Source: Atopobiaceae bacterium (lineage in GTDB: Bacteria > Actinomycetota > Coriobacteriia > Coriobacteriales > Atopobiaceae). Taken from it: 64,000 bases of DNA. Position 1 is the first letter of the stretch. Each line of letters begins with the position of its first letter. A program made the position numbers and the translations under genes. This document shows positions 36,117 through 44,547 of the stretch, piece after piece. The stretch is from NCBI GenBank assembly GCA_022483015.1, contig JAKVOB010000001.1, positions 952,902 through 1,016,901 on the forward strand, read 5' to 3'. The notes beneath the pieces were generated by a model. That model ran no database searches. It worked only from the letters and a program-made list of their open reading frames with translations, and was not told where the DNA came from.

Positions 36117-36959
36117 TTATTGTGAGGCTTCTCGCAAGCGCTTCTGGTGTGAGCTGACCCTGCAACTGTCGCTGCAGAAGATACGTCGGTGGCCATCGTT
36201 CGGTACCAGGAGAGACCTTCCACAGTTTGGACACGTCAGGAAGCGGGTGTTGTCATCATGGTCACGGATGGCTGACCACAGTGCACAGGGGAGGTCATCA
36301 AAGACCAGGGTCATGTCACGGTGACCGCACTGAGTACCCGGAGCACAGTCGATGCTGGGTGAGTAGAGTGCATGTTCGAAGGCGTTGACGATTCTGTTTG
36401 CAAGCTCGATCTGAAGGTCACTAGATGCTGAGGCTGACGGGTCGTTGCACCTGACGAAAAGATAGAGCCACTTGTCACTTGGGCGACTTGTCTCTCTTTT
36501 CATGTGCGGTAGCACTGTCGAATTGCGACGGTTGGTTACGAAGAGTTTTACGGAGTCATCTACTCCCATGGTCCATGTGGTTCCGCTGCCGTCGACGCGG
36601 GCTATTCGACTGAGCAGGGGATGACGAGAGCGCGATGTCTGCTGCTCATCGGCTGAAATAGTGTTCAAAGCCATTGGGATGACGAATCCGTTGGTATTCG
36701 GACCGAGTCCGATTGGTAGGAAACGCTCACTGGCAAATGAGAATCCGGCAGCTAGTAGAAGTGGCTGAGGCCCTGTCATCGAATGTCCGAATGTGCAAAG
36801 ACGCATCGTCAAGGACGGAATACGCCGGAGCAGACACCAGTCCCATAGCGGATCGGACCGAAGGGAATATAACCTGCCATCAAGGTCAAACTCACCCGAA
36901 GCCGCTGCGGATACCAGGCCAGATGCCGAAACGATATGAGGAAGATCCTTGAGTCTCAC
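36117..36959 (-). CDS. Hypothetical protein with C-terminal zinc-ribbon (CPNCG...CSDSC)
   Basis: 280-aa ORF with a GTG start. C-terminal FLTCPNCGRSLLVPNDGHRRIFCSDSCRVSSHQKR. The N-terminal ~230 aa have no recognisable motif. Confidence 0.6.
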   Translation of the reverse strand: MRLKDLPHIVSASGLVSAAASGEFDLDGRLYSLRSDPLWDWCLLRRIPSLTMRLCTFGHSMTGPQPLLLAAGFSFASERFLPIGLGPNTNGFVIPMALNTISADEQQTSRSRHPLLSRIARVDGSGTTWTMGVDDSVKLFVTNRRNSTVLPHMKRETSRPSDKWLYLFVRCNDPSASASSDLQIELANRIVNAFEHALYSPSIDCAPGTQCGHRDMTLVFDDLPCALWSAIRDHDDNTRFLTCPNCGRSLLVPNDGHRRIFCSDSCRVSSHQKRLREASQ

Positions 36960-37242
36960 TTGAGTTGTGCAAAGGAGAGGGGATCCTTTTGGGATTGGTC
37001 GGCTCCTTGATGTCGAGGAACAGCTCTTGCGCGCATGTGGCGCGTGCGACCTGGCCTATTGGTGCAAGACTCTTTGACCAATCGTTCAAATCCGCGTCTT
37101 TGACAAGGTCAGGGGACTCGTTCGCGAGCATCTCACGCAACTTGCTTGGGTCCAATGCCGAAGCGTCAGTGCCGGAATCACCTGGGAACATGACGTCCAG
37201 GTTCGAAATGGCGGGAATTAAAGTGCCGATATCACGTGCCAT
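36892..37242 (-). CDS. Hypothetical protein (116 aa) overlapping the next gene by 68 nt in another frame
   Basis: MARDIGTLIPAISNLDVMFPGDSG.... ATG 37242 lies 7 nt from the IS3 left end. It may be the 5' part of one frameshifted gene with 36117-36959. Confidence 0.4.
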   Translation of the reverse strand: MARDIGTLIPAISNLDVMFPGDSGTDASALDPSKLREMLANESPDLVKDADLNDWSKSLAPIGQVARATCAQELFLDIKEPTNPKRIPSPLHNSSETQGSSSYRFGIWPGIRSGFG

Positions 37243-37299
37243 CAGGAAATGATATGACCCACGAACCTTGGACACCAAGACGACTTGGAAGGAGTCGCG

Positions 37300-37779
37300 A
37301 TGTCCACCAACGAGAGGGTCACCCATTACCACCATCACCATATGCCCGAGGAGATCATGCAAGCCTTCACCTACGAGGAGGAGGGCTACACGATCCGGGA
37401 GACAGCGTCGCGCTGTGGGGTGTCCGAGTCCACGGTCAAGGACTGGAACAGGCAGTACCTCATCCGTGGCAAGGCGATGCTCAAGTCCAGGAAGAGGACC
37501 TACTCGCGCTACCCGGAGGCAACCAAGTCCTCCGCCGTCAGGGCCTACCTCTCGGGCGAGGACGCCAACACCGTCGCAGAGAGGTTCGGTATCCTGAGGG
37601 TGCAGAGCATCTACGTGTGGTCGCACGACGACGGGTACAGGGGCTGTGTCGCGATGGAGGACGAGCGCAAGGCACCCAGGACCAACCGCAAGGTCAGTGC
37701 CCGGGACGAGCAGGAGGGCATGTCCCCCGAGGAGGAGCTCGAGTACCTCCGAATGGAGAACGCCATACTAAAAAACTAG
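37300..37779 (+). CDS. IS3 transposase OrfA (HTH)
   Basis: ATG 37300 after GGAAGGAG. ...ETASRCGVSESTVKDWNRQY.... Ends LRMENAILKN* at the A6 slippery run (37770-37775). Confidence 0.85.
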   Translation: MSTNERVTHYHHHHMPEEIMQAFTYEEEGYTIRETASRCGVSESTVKDWNRQYLIRGKAMLKSRKRTYSRYPEATKSSAVRAYLSGEDANTVAERFGILRVQSIYVWSHDDGYRGCVAMEDERKAPRTNRKVSARDEQEGMSPEEELEYLRMENAILKN

Positions 37780-37834
37780 AGGCCTTGAGGTCGGAGCGGC
37801 GCCGACCGCGGAGAAGGTAGCGGTTGTCCGGGCC

Positions 37835-38665
37835 TTGAGGCGTGACTTCCCGTTTGGGGCGCTCCTTGCCTACGTAGGGCTTCCCAGGTCGACCTTCTAC
37901 TATCGTGCCTCGCACTCGGCGGTCGACCGCCATGCCCCTGTCCGACCGCTGGTCCGCTCGGTGTTCGAGGGCTCACGCGGGGCCTATGGCTATCGGAGGG
38001 TGGCCCTGGCGCTGGAGAGGGACTACGGCGTGCGGTTCGATTGCAAGACCGTGGCGAAGATCATGCGCGCCGAGGGGCTCCGGGCGAGGGGCAGGCGGAG
38101 GAGCAGGTACAACTCGTACAGGGGCACCATGGGTAGGGTGGCCCCGAACCTCCTCGAGAGGCACTTCACGGCGGAGGTGCCCATGTGCAGGCTGGTGAGC
38201 GACATCACCCAGTTCAACGTCGGTGACAGGCGGGTCTACCTCTCGCTTCTCATCGACCTCTACAACGGGGAGGTCGTCTCCTGGAGGATCGGTCCCGGCC
38301 CCGACGTCGAGTCCGCGCTCGGCATGCTCGCCGATGCCGCCGGTAGGCTCCAGGAAAGCGGGGCCGTGATACACACCGACCAGGGGTTCCAGTACCAGAT
38401 GCCCAGGTGGCGCGACAGGCTGGCGTCGCTAGGCTGCACGCAGTCGATGTCGAGGAAGGCGACCTGCCTCGACAACGCGCCGGCCGAGAGCTTCTTCGGC
38501 AGGCTCAAGACGGAGTTCTCCGACGGCTCCGACTACACACAGCCCAAAAGGGTCGCCAGGGACCTCGATGCCTGGATAGTCTGGTACAACACCGATAGGA
38601 TCAGGGGGTCACTCGGAGGTTTCGCCCCTGTAGAATACAGGTTGGCCGACCAGCGGCTGGCCTAG
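37835..38665 (+). CDS. IS3 transposase OrfB (DDE/rve integrase core)
   Basis: ...LVSDITQFNV...IHTDQGFQYQ...DNAPAESFFGRLKTE.... The frame is open from 37772. It lies in the +1, not the -1, frame relative to OrfA. Confidence 0.85.
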   Translation: MRRDFPFGALLAYVGLPRSTFYYRASHSAVDRHAPVRPLVRSVFEGSRGAYGYRRVALALERDYGVRFDCKTVAKIMRAEGLRARGRRRSRYNSYRGTMGRVAPNLLERHFTAEVPMCRLVSDITQFNVGDRRVYLSLLIDLYNGEVVSWRIGPGPDVESALGMLADAAGRLQESGAVIHTDQGFQYQMPRWRDRLASLGCTQSMSRKATCLDNAPAESFFGRLKTEFSDGSDYTQPKRVARDLDAWIVWYNTDRIRGSLGGFAPVEYRLADQRLA

Positions 38666-38899
38666 GAACATGTACAAGATCGACGGGTCACATCAAGCGA
38701 GACCCCCCCCAGAGCTCTCCATTCTCGTGACTAAATCGGTATGAGAAGGTGTGCGGTAGTTAAGGAAATGATTCTAGCCCGCGCCGACGGGAGAGAATGT
38801 ATGTCGAGCGTTCCACGGTAGTGCCTGGCTCGGGCACATCTCTCACTCAAGGTAAAAGTTAAAGCTCTTATTGCCGTAATGGTCAGGTCGCAAGAGGCT

Positions 38900-38947
38900 C
38901 ATCCGTACAGCGGTTAAGGGGACGTGCCCCTTAACCTCGTACGGATG
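38900..38947. promoter_or_regulatory. Imperfect 48-nt hairpin upstream of the second mobC; candidate oriT
   Basis: CATCCGTAC-agcg-GTTAAGGGG-acgtg-CCCCTTAAC-ctc-GTACGGATG, 140 nt upstream of the mobC-like gene. Confidence 0.35.
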
Positions 38948-39087
38948 ACGGGGCTCTGCCCCCACCCTGGCCCCGACCCTACGGGTCGGCGAAGGACATG
39001 GACGACGGGCGCCGCAGACTCGCCGTCATCAAGACCGAGGGGAGAGGGAAGATGAAAGATGTCGATTAGGAGGCCCGTCACCGGGCT

Positions 39088-39543
39088 GTGTCCCTGAAGG
39101 GGCAGAAGGGTGCACTCCGTCGCAAGCGGAGGAGGAAGTCCTCCGATGGCGGAATCCGAAAGCCGGAGATCTCGTTCAGGGTCTCTGAGAAGGAGCGCGA
39201 TCTTCTCAGGTCCGCCGCGAGGGAAGCGGGGGTCTCGATGACCGACTACGTTCTAGCCCGGTGCCTGTACGCAGATGACATCCCGCCGATGCCACCGAGG
39301 GATGAGCTGCGCGAGACGCGGCTTGAGCTCACACGTCAGGGCGTCAACCTCAACCAGCTCGCCAAAGCCGCCCACCGCCTCGTGGCTGTCGCCTACGGTG
39401 ACGAGGCGCCGGCCGCGGAGGTCGGCGAGCTGGTGGACGAGCTCCTCGCCATGAAGGAGGATCTTCTGCCTGACGCGAACGAGGCCGACAGGACGTATCG
39501 CAGGCTCCTCGCCTTTGCAAACATTCACGCGAGGAGGCGGTAG
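39088..39543 (+). CDS. mobC: MobC-family relaxosome protein (RHH)
   Basis: GTG start. ISFRVSEKERDLLRSAAREAGVSMTDYVL and GVNLNQLAKAAH. Confidence 0.75.
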   Translation: MSLKGQKGALRRKRRRKSSDGGIRKPEISFRVSEKERDLLRSAAREAGVSMTDYVLARCLYADDIPPMPPRDELRETRLELTRQGVNLNQLAKAAHRLVAVAYGDEAPAAEVGELVDELLAMKEDLLPDANEADRTYRRLLAFANIHARRR

Positions 39544-39545
39544 CC

Positions 39546-40602
39546 ATGTCGATGATTAAGACGCTCTCGGAGCCGAAGGATGACCGAGCGGGTCTCGGCA
39601 TCGAGACGTATCTCCATCACGGGTCCAAGGGCGACAGGCGCGAAAGGGCGCTCGCGCTCGCGGCCTCGGCCGACGTGGAGAAGGAGCTCGGGGAAGAGAC
39701 GCATGGATGGCACGGCATCATGGACGAGACCCAGCAGGAAATAGGGAATGACAAGTGCCGTCGCATCTATCACTTCATGATCTCCCCTGACCCCGAGGAC
39801 CACGTCACCGTCGAGGAGGTGCTTGACATGGCACGTGAGTGGGCCGAGCGAGCCCATCCGGACGGGCAGTGGGTCATCGTCATCCACGACGACAAGCAGA
39901 ACCCCGCCCCCCCATGCCCACGTCGTCCTCAACTCAATCATTCCGGCGACTGGGATGAAGATCCATAGGGACAGGAAGGACCTCGACTTCGAGGCTGCCG
40001 CGCTCCAAGAGGTGAGCGCGGCCCACGGCCTCGGGGTGATGGAGGACCTCGCCGACAGGAGAGGAAAGCTGGCCGAGGAGAGGAAGCACTAGGATTCAGG
40101 TCAGTGGGTCAGAACCGACAAGGCCGAGCAGGCCATGAGACGCGAGGGCCGACTGAGCTGGAAGGCCTACATACGCGACGCCGTCGACAGGACGAAGGAA
40201 TCGGAGACCACCTGGGCGGGCTTCGTGAGGACGCTGCCGACGGCGTTTGGCGTGACGGTCACCGAGGGCCGCAGCGGGGTGGTCTACCATCATCTCCTCG
40301 CCAGGAGCGACCATGAGATGCGCATCAAGGGGACGACCCTCGATTTCGGGTACGGCAAGGTCGGCGTGGAGAGGACCGTGGAGGTCGACTTCGACTTGCT
40401 ACTTGCACCGACGGGGAGACCATCATGTCCCGGGTTCACGCCCCACGGGGACGCGGAGATAGCGCTGAGGAGGGTCATCCGATGGGCCACGAGGAGGACT
40501 CCCGAGGAGGCATCCGGTCACACGACCATCGAGACATGGCTGGAGAAGCAGGAGAGGAGGACCCACGGCTCGGTCGCTCACGGGCGATCCTCGACGCGAT
40601 AG
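39546..40602 (+). pseudogene. Relaxase pseudogene (frameshift in a C7 tract + in-frame TAG)
   Basis: IHDDKQNPAP then, in another frame, HAHVVLNSI: the histidine triad is split at CCCCCCC 39907-39913. TAG at 40090-40092 interrupts ...AEERKH*DSGQWVRTDKAEQAMRREGRLSWKAYIRD. Confidence 0.8.
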
Positions 40603-40623
40603 GGACGGTCAAGCGGGGAGGGC

Positions 40624-41351
40624 GTGACCTCTTCCATCGACCTTAGGAATCAGGCGGATGAGCTCACCGTCCGCGTCTCGGAACTCGAGTCCGACATTGC
40701 CGACGACGAGCGATGGGTCGACAGAGCCATCGCGGTCAAGGAGAAATGGGAGACGGCCCAGGCCGCACGCAAGGAGGCGAGCAGTCTCGAGGGTGGTGCC
40801 CTGCACCCGGCGGAGAGGAAGGGGCGCAACGCCCTCATCGCGAGCGCAGAGGCCAATGAGGCGTGCGCGAGGGGCAGGTCGAATCCGCGAGACCATGGCT
40901 CGAGCGCGATGGGAGGAAGCCATCGGACGCACACGCCGCGGCGGTCGAGTTGGAGCCGGCCTTCTACGACCGTCTCGGTGAGACGAGGAAGGACCTCGAT
41001 TCCCTCTCAGCGAGGGCGGAGGCCATGCGGAAGGCCAGGGGCGTCGCGGAGGTAATCCTTGCGGACGAGAAGCCACCTGAGCACAAGGGGACGAGAGCCA
41101 TGGGGGCACCTGTGTCCGCGAGGACCATCGAGGGGGCGGAACGCAAGGCGAAGCCGAGGGATGCGAGGGCGGCTGGCTACCAGACATTCCTGATGGAGCA
41201 GGCTCGTCTTGACAGGGAGCTCCAAAATGGGCAAGTGGTGAGCTGCGGTGTCATGCAGACCACGAGTCAGAGCGTCACACGGTCGGGCCGGGAGACGGGT
41301 GCTTCATCAACGTATCATCCATGCAGCGACTTGATTGGTTCACTCGGGTAG
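40624..41351 (+). other. Possible degraded coiled-coil gene downstream of the relaxase (coding frame ambiguous)
   Basis: Three overlapping ORFs in different frames (40624-41055, 40658-40981, 40863-41351). Each is plausible in part and none is continuous. Confidence 0.25.
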
Positions 41352-41356
41352 GGGGG

Positions 41357-42505
41357 CTAAAAAGGTACATTAAGACAGTCCAGTATCATAAACCAGAATA
41401 TGCCGAAGGTAACAACAGCTGCCGATACAATCACGACGTTATTCTTTAATGATAAAGATAGAAAGTACCTGACGAAATGTTCCATTCGTAGTACATAACG
41501 AGATGTTCCTTCTGCGTTTGATACTCCTTCGGGTTCGGTTGCAATGTCACATTGACTAGTCATCCGATTTAGGTAATTGATAATCGGAGGTAGGTTAAAC
41601 AGCAGCCAAAACAGTTGGAAGACCAATACAAATATGAACACGAAAAGAAGAAACGGGGCAGTAGCTTCTAAGACTTTAACGAGCAGTTGGTCTCTTATGT
41701 AAAGGTATAAACAGCTAAATAATGCCCCGAGCATAGCCGAAATAATGAGGATGCCTGGATGCCAGGGTTTTAGATGTGATAACTTTTCTTTACAACCATG
41801 TGCATCACGGATTGAAACAGCAGGAGTAAATGTCCAGTAATGCGCAAATGCTGTGCCGAAATACAAACAGCAGTAGTAGCACTTTAGTGGGAGCTTAGGA
41901 GAGTCAGTCCCGAGACCCTGAGCCGCGATAATTATTTGGCAAATCCATGCTCTTAGAAGAAAAAAGCTTGTAACAAGAACAATAAAGGACATAGAGGAAG
42001 TCGAACTCTTTCCTGGAAGATCTTGTTTTGTCTTTAGGTTTCTAAGCCGGTTGTAAACACTATTGTAATAAGATCCATATGATATCCCTATGAGTAGAAG
42101 CATGACGCTAATGAATACAAAGCCGCCTATCCAGGAGGTCCAGTCCGATTCATTCCCTGATATGCAGAATGCCAATCTGGGGAGAAGACTGTTATCGTTT
42201 ACTTTATAAAGAGTTCCATATGCTCTGTAGAGAAACTCAAGGATGGACACGAAAAGTACTGCAAGAAATGAAATGCATGTAAGAATGAGTCCGCAATAGC
42301 TAGGATTAGTAATTATTATAAGGAAGGCTTCCAAGCCGCCGACGTGCGTACGGTCCCCTTTTCTGTTTCCAGTCCAAATGTAATGCCAGTTATTTTTTAA
42401 ATCATCATGTGTCAGCGGGGAATGGTTACTTAAGATTTCGTCGACCCTGGAAGCTACGTTTCCTCCACTCTTTCCATCAGACACGTCGATTTGTGACTGT
42501 TGCAT
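41357..42505 (-). CDS. Orphan polytopic membrane protein (382 aa), strongly AT-rich
   Basis: About 9-10 hydrophobic helices and a soluble N-terminal ~50 aa. Composition is very different from all neighbours. No recognisable motif. Confidence 0.7.
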   Translation of the reverse strand: MQQSQIDVSDGKSGGNVASRVDEILSNHSPLTHDDLKNNWHYIWTGNRKGDRTHVGGLEAFLIIITNPSYCGLILTCISFLAVLFVSILEFLYRAYGTLYKVNDNSLLPRLAFCISGNESDWTSWIGGFVFISVMLLLIGISYGSYYNSVYNRLRNLKTKQDLPGKSSTSSMSFIVLVTSFFLLRAWICQIIIAAQGLGTDSPKLPLKCYYCCLYFGTAFAHYWTFTPAVSIRDAHGCKEKLSHLKPWHPGILIISAMLGALFSCLYLYIRDQLLVKVLEATAPFLLFVFIFVLVFQLFWLLFNLPPIINYLNRMTSQCDIATEPEGVSNAEGTSRYVLRMEHFVRYFLSLSLKNNVVIVSAAVVTFGIFWFMILDCLNVPF

Positions 42506-42996
42506 ATGTTCTCCTAAACATCCAAAAGCATAATAACGCCGTTCAATAATAGGTTCATTCTGTGACAGTTGTGGCCAGAACGCCTTTTGAAGCGCAAGTA
42601 GTATGTCAAGGTTATGCTCATGGCTCCGAGGCCCATGAGTCGGTTGACATCCAGAACTGTTTTGTCGTCACACATGAGACCTGAAAAGGGTGGCGTGAGT
42701 CCAATCGAACCGCGAGTGGCAAGGAGACCGGTAGCTGAATCGTTGCCATTGTTGCGAGCTCGTCGCCACGGGGAGCGGCGATGTCACTCGTGTTCGGGCA
42801 TGAGGCCGGGGTTCGCGGCGTTGCGGTCGGCGAGACCCTCCATGTCACCATGAAACCCTGGGTCTAGAGAGACCAGCCGATGATTCGTCATGCCCTATGA
42901 ACCTACTGGCAGATGAGTCAACATAATCGATTCTAAGGTCATGCCAGGTGTAGTTTGGACATATGGTGCGGGGACATTGGCTTCCGGAACGCTTTC

Positions 42997-44184
42997 TTAT
43001 CTTCCGGTGAGCACTTCGTCCATGTGGTCGGCCACTGTCCTCTTGCCGCTCTTGAGGTGGTCGGCGTAGACGTCGAGTGTCATCGAGTCTCTCGCGTGAC
43101 CCAGTAGGGCGCTTGTCGTCTTCACGTCCTCGCCGTTCCCGATCGCCAGGTTGGCGAACGTGTGCCTGAGGTCATGGAACGAGGGGACCCTGCCCTGCGT
43201 GCCTATGAATCCCATCGAGCTCGCGAGTGCGTTCCACTGCTTCCAGACCGTGAAGACGCTCGCATAATCCCCACGGATGTCTCCCAGCACGTAGAGCTGT
43301 GCCATGCGCTCGCGCGAGTCGTCGAGGTCGGCCTCCAGGCGGAGCGTCCTCATCTCGCGGTAGCGGCGGCGGAGTGGCTCCACGAGCGCCTCGGCCATGG
43401 GGATGTCACGTCGGCCGCTCGCGGTCTTGGGCTCCTTCACGTAGGTCTTGCCGCCGTCGCGGGCAATGGCGCGCCGCACCCACACGGTCCTCGCGTCGAA
43501 GTCGACGTCGCCCCACCTGAGCGCGCAGATCTCGCCCTGCCTCATGCCGGTCATGAGGGCGATGGTGACGGCGAGGTTGAAGGGCGTGTCGGCTGCCGCC
43601 TCGAGGTAGGCGAGGAGCGTCCTCCTCTGGTCGTCCGGGAGGGCGTTCGGCATCGTGCGGGCGACCTTCGGCGCCCTCACGCGCGCGACGGGGTTGCGGT
43701 CGAGCAGACCGTCCTCGATGGCCTCCTCGCACACGGTCTTGAGGAGGACGTGCGCCTTCCTCACGGTCTTGGGGGAGAGGTGGCGCTCCTCACCCAGGAG
43801 CTCCGCCTCCCAGGCCTGCACGTCCTCGGTCACGAGGTCGCGCATGGCCACGCCGCAGAGCCCCTCGTCAACGTAGTTGATGATGGCACGGTAGCCGTAG
43901 ACGGTGGTCCTCTCCACCGACATCGACGTCTCGAGCGCGTCGACGTAGCGGCGCATGTAGTCCACGACCGATATGTCCGGCCTCATGCCCGTGCGGGGCT
44001 TGCGGCCTCCGCTCCGCCTCTCGAGCATCGCGCGGACCTCGGCGAGCTCCCGTTTGGCATCGCGCATGTTGCCCGCCTCGAGCGTGCGGCTCGTCTGGTG
44101 CCAGCGTCCCTCGCCGTCCTTGTACTTGAAGATTCCGCGGTAGGGAGGGACGTCTCCCCGGACGAAGCAGTTCGTATATAACAT
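42997..44184 (-). CDS. int: Tyrosine recombinase / integrase of element D
   Basis: Close paralogue of 20378-21643, with more than 100 consecutive identical residues in the centre. HDLRHTFANLAI...LLGHARDSMTLDVYA. ATG 44184 chosen by analogy (GTG 44193 is possible). Confidence 0.92.
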   Translation of the reverse strand: MLYTNCFVRGDVPPYRGIFKYKDGEGRWHQTSRTLEAGNMRDAKRELAEVRAMLERRSGGRKPRTGMRPDISVVDYMRRYVDALETSMSVERTTVYGYRAIINYVDEGLCGVAMRDLVTEDVQAWEAELLGEERHLSPKTVRKAHVLLKTVCEEAIEDGLLDRNPVARVRAPKVARTMPNALPDDQRRTLLAYLEAAADTPFNLAVTIALMTGMRQGEICALRWGDVDFDARTVWVRRAIARDGGKTYVKEPKTASGRRDIPMAEALVEPLRRRYREMRTLRLEADLDDSRERMAQLYVLGDIRGDYASVFTVWKQWNALASSMGFIGTQGRVPSFHDLRHTFANLAIGNGEDVKTTSALLGHARDSMTLDVYADHLKSGKRTVADHMDEVLTGR

Positions 44185-44200
44185 CCATTCCACCTCTTAT

Positions 44201-44233
44201 GCACCAAGGGGCCTTGGTGCGCGCGCACCAAAT
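44201..44233. promoter_or_regulatory. Overlapping-palindrome motif, copy 3 of 3
   Basis: GCACCAAGGGGCCTTGGTGCGCGCGCACCAAAT, 17 nt upstream of int. Confidence 0.5.
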
Positions 44234-44285
44234 CCCGGTTACCGTGCAGGCCTGTCTTGGCTAAGTTGTACCACGCTGTCCTGTT

Positions 44286-44391
44286 ACCAGCGGCGACGTT
44301 GGCCGCATTGGCGAGCATAGCGAGAATGAACATCAAATATTGTCGACTCATAACCCGGAGGTCGTTGGTTCAAATCCAGCCCCCGCGACCA
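44286..44391 (+). repeat. att arm + core, copy 4
   Basis: Near-identical to 21745-21850 and 34551-34656. Confidence 0.85.
44347..44391 (+). repeat. att core copy 4 (tRNA-Met 3' fragment) at the junction with core chromosome
   Basis: Identical 45-mer, followed by the hairpin CAGGCCATCGAC-gaga-GTCGGTGGCCTG. Confidence 0.85.
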
Positions 44392-44547
44392 AAGACATGC
44401 AGGCCATCGACGAGAGTCGGTGGCCTGTTCTGGTGTCGGTGGATGGCACCTGGACGGGCTGGGTCTTCGCCAGGCTCCCGTCCCCTCCCAATCAATAATC
44501 GTTACGGTATATTTGGTATTGATTGATACCAATGCCAGGGGGTAGCG

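Larger units (their letters stand above)
37250..38695 (+). mobile_element. IS3-family insertion sequence (1446 bp)
   Basis: Imperfect 25-bp terminal inverted repeats TGATATGACCCACGAACCTTGGACA / TGTACAAGATCGACGGGTCACATCA (18/25 match, TG...CA ends). OrfA (HTH) + OrfB (DDE). No clear target duplication. Confidence 0.85.
34657..44391. mobile_element. Decayed integrative mobilizable element D (Abi_2, unknown genes, IS3, broken mob module, orphan membrane protein, integrase)
   Basis: Bounded by att copies 3 and 4. The left end has the TTGGTACT arm repeats. The right end has the int + palindrome motif + arm, as in the ICE. Confidence 0.65.

Noticed and set aside
42506-42996. Short ORFs (for example 42618-42851) between the AT-rich membrane gene and the integrase
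   Set aside because: There are no motifs or RBS and the frames are mixed. This is probably eroded sequence or the promoter region of the membrane gene.
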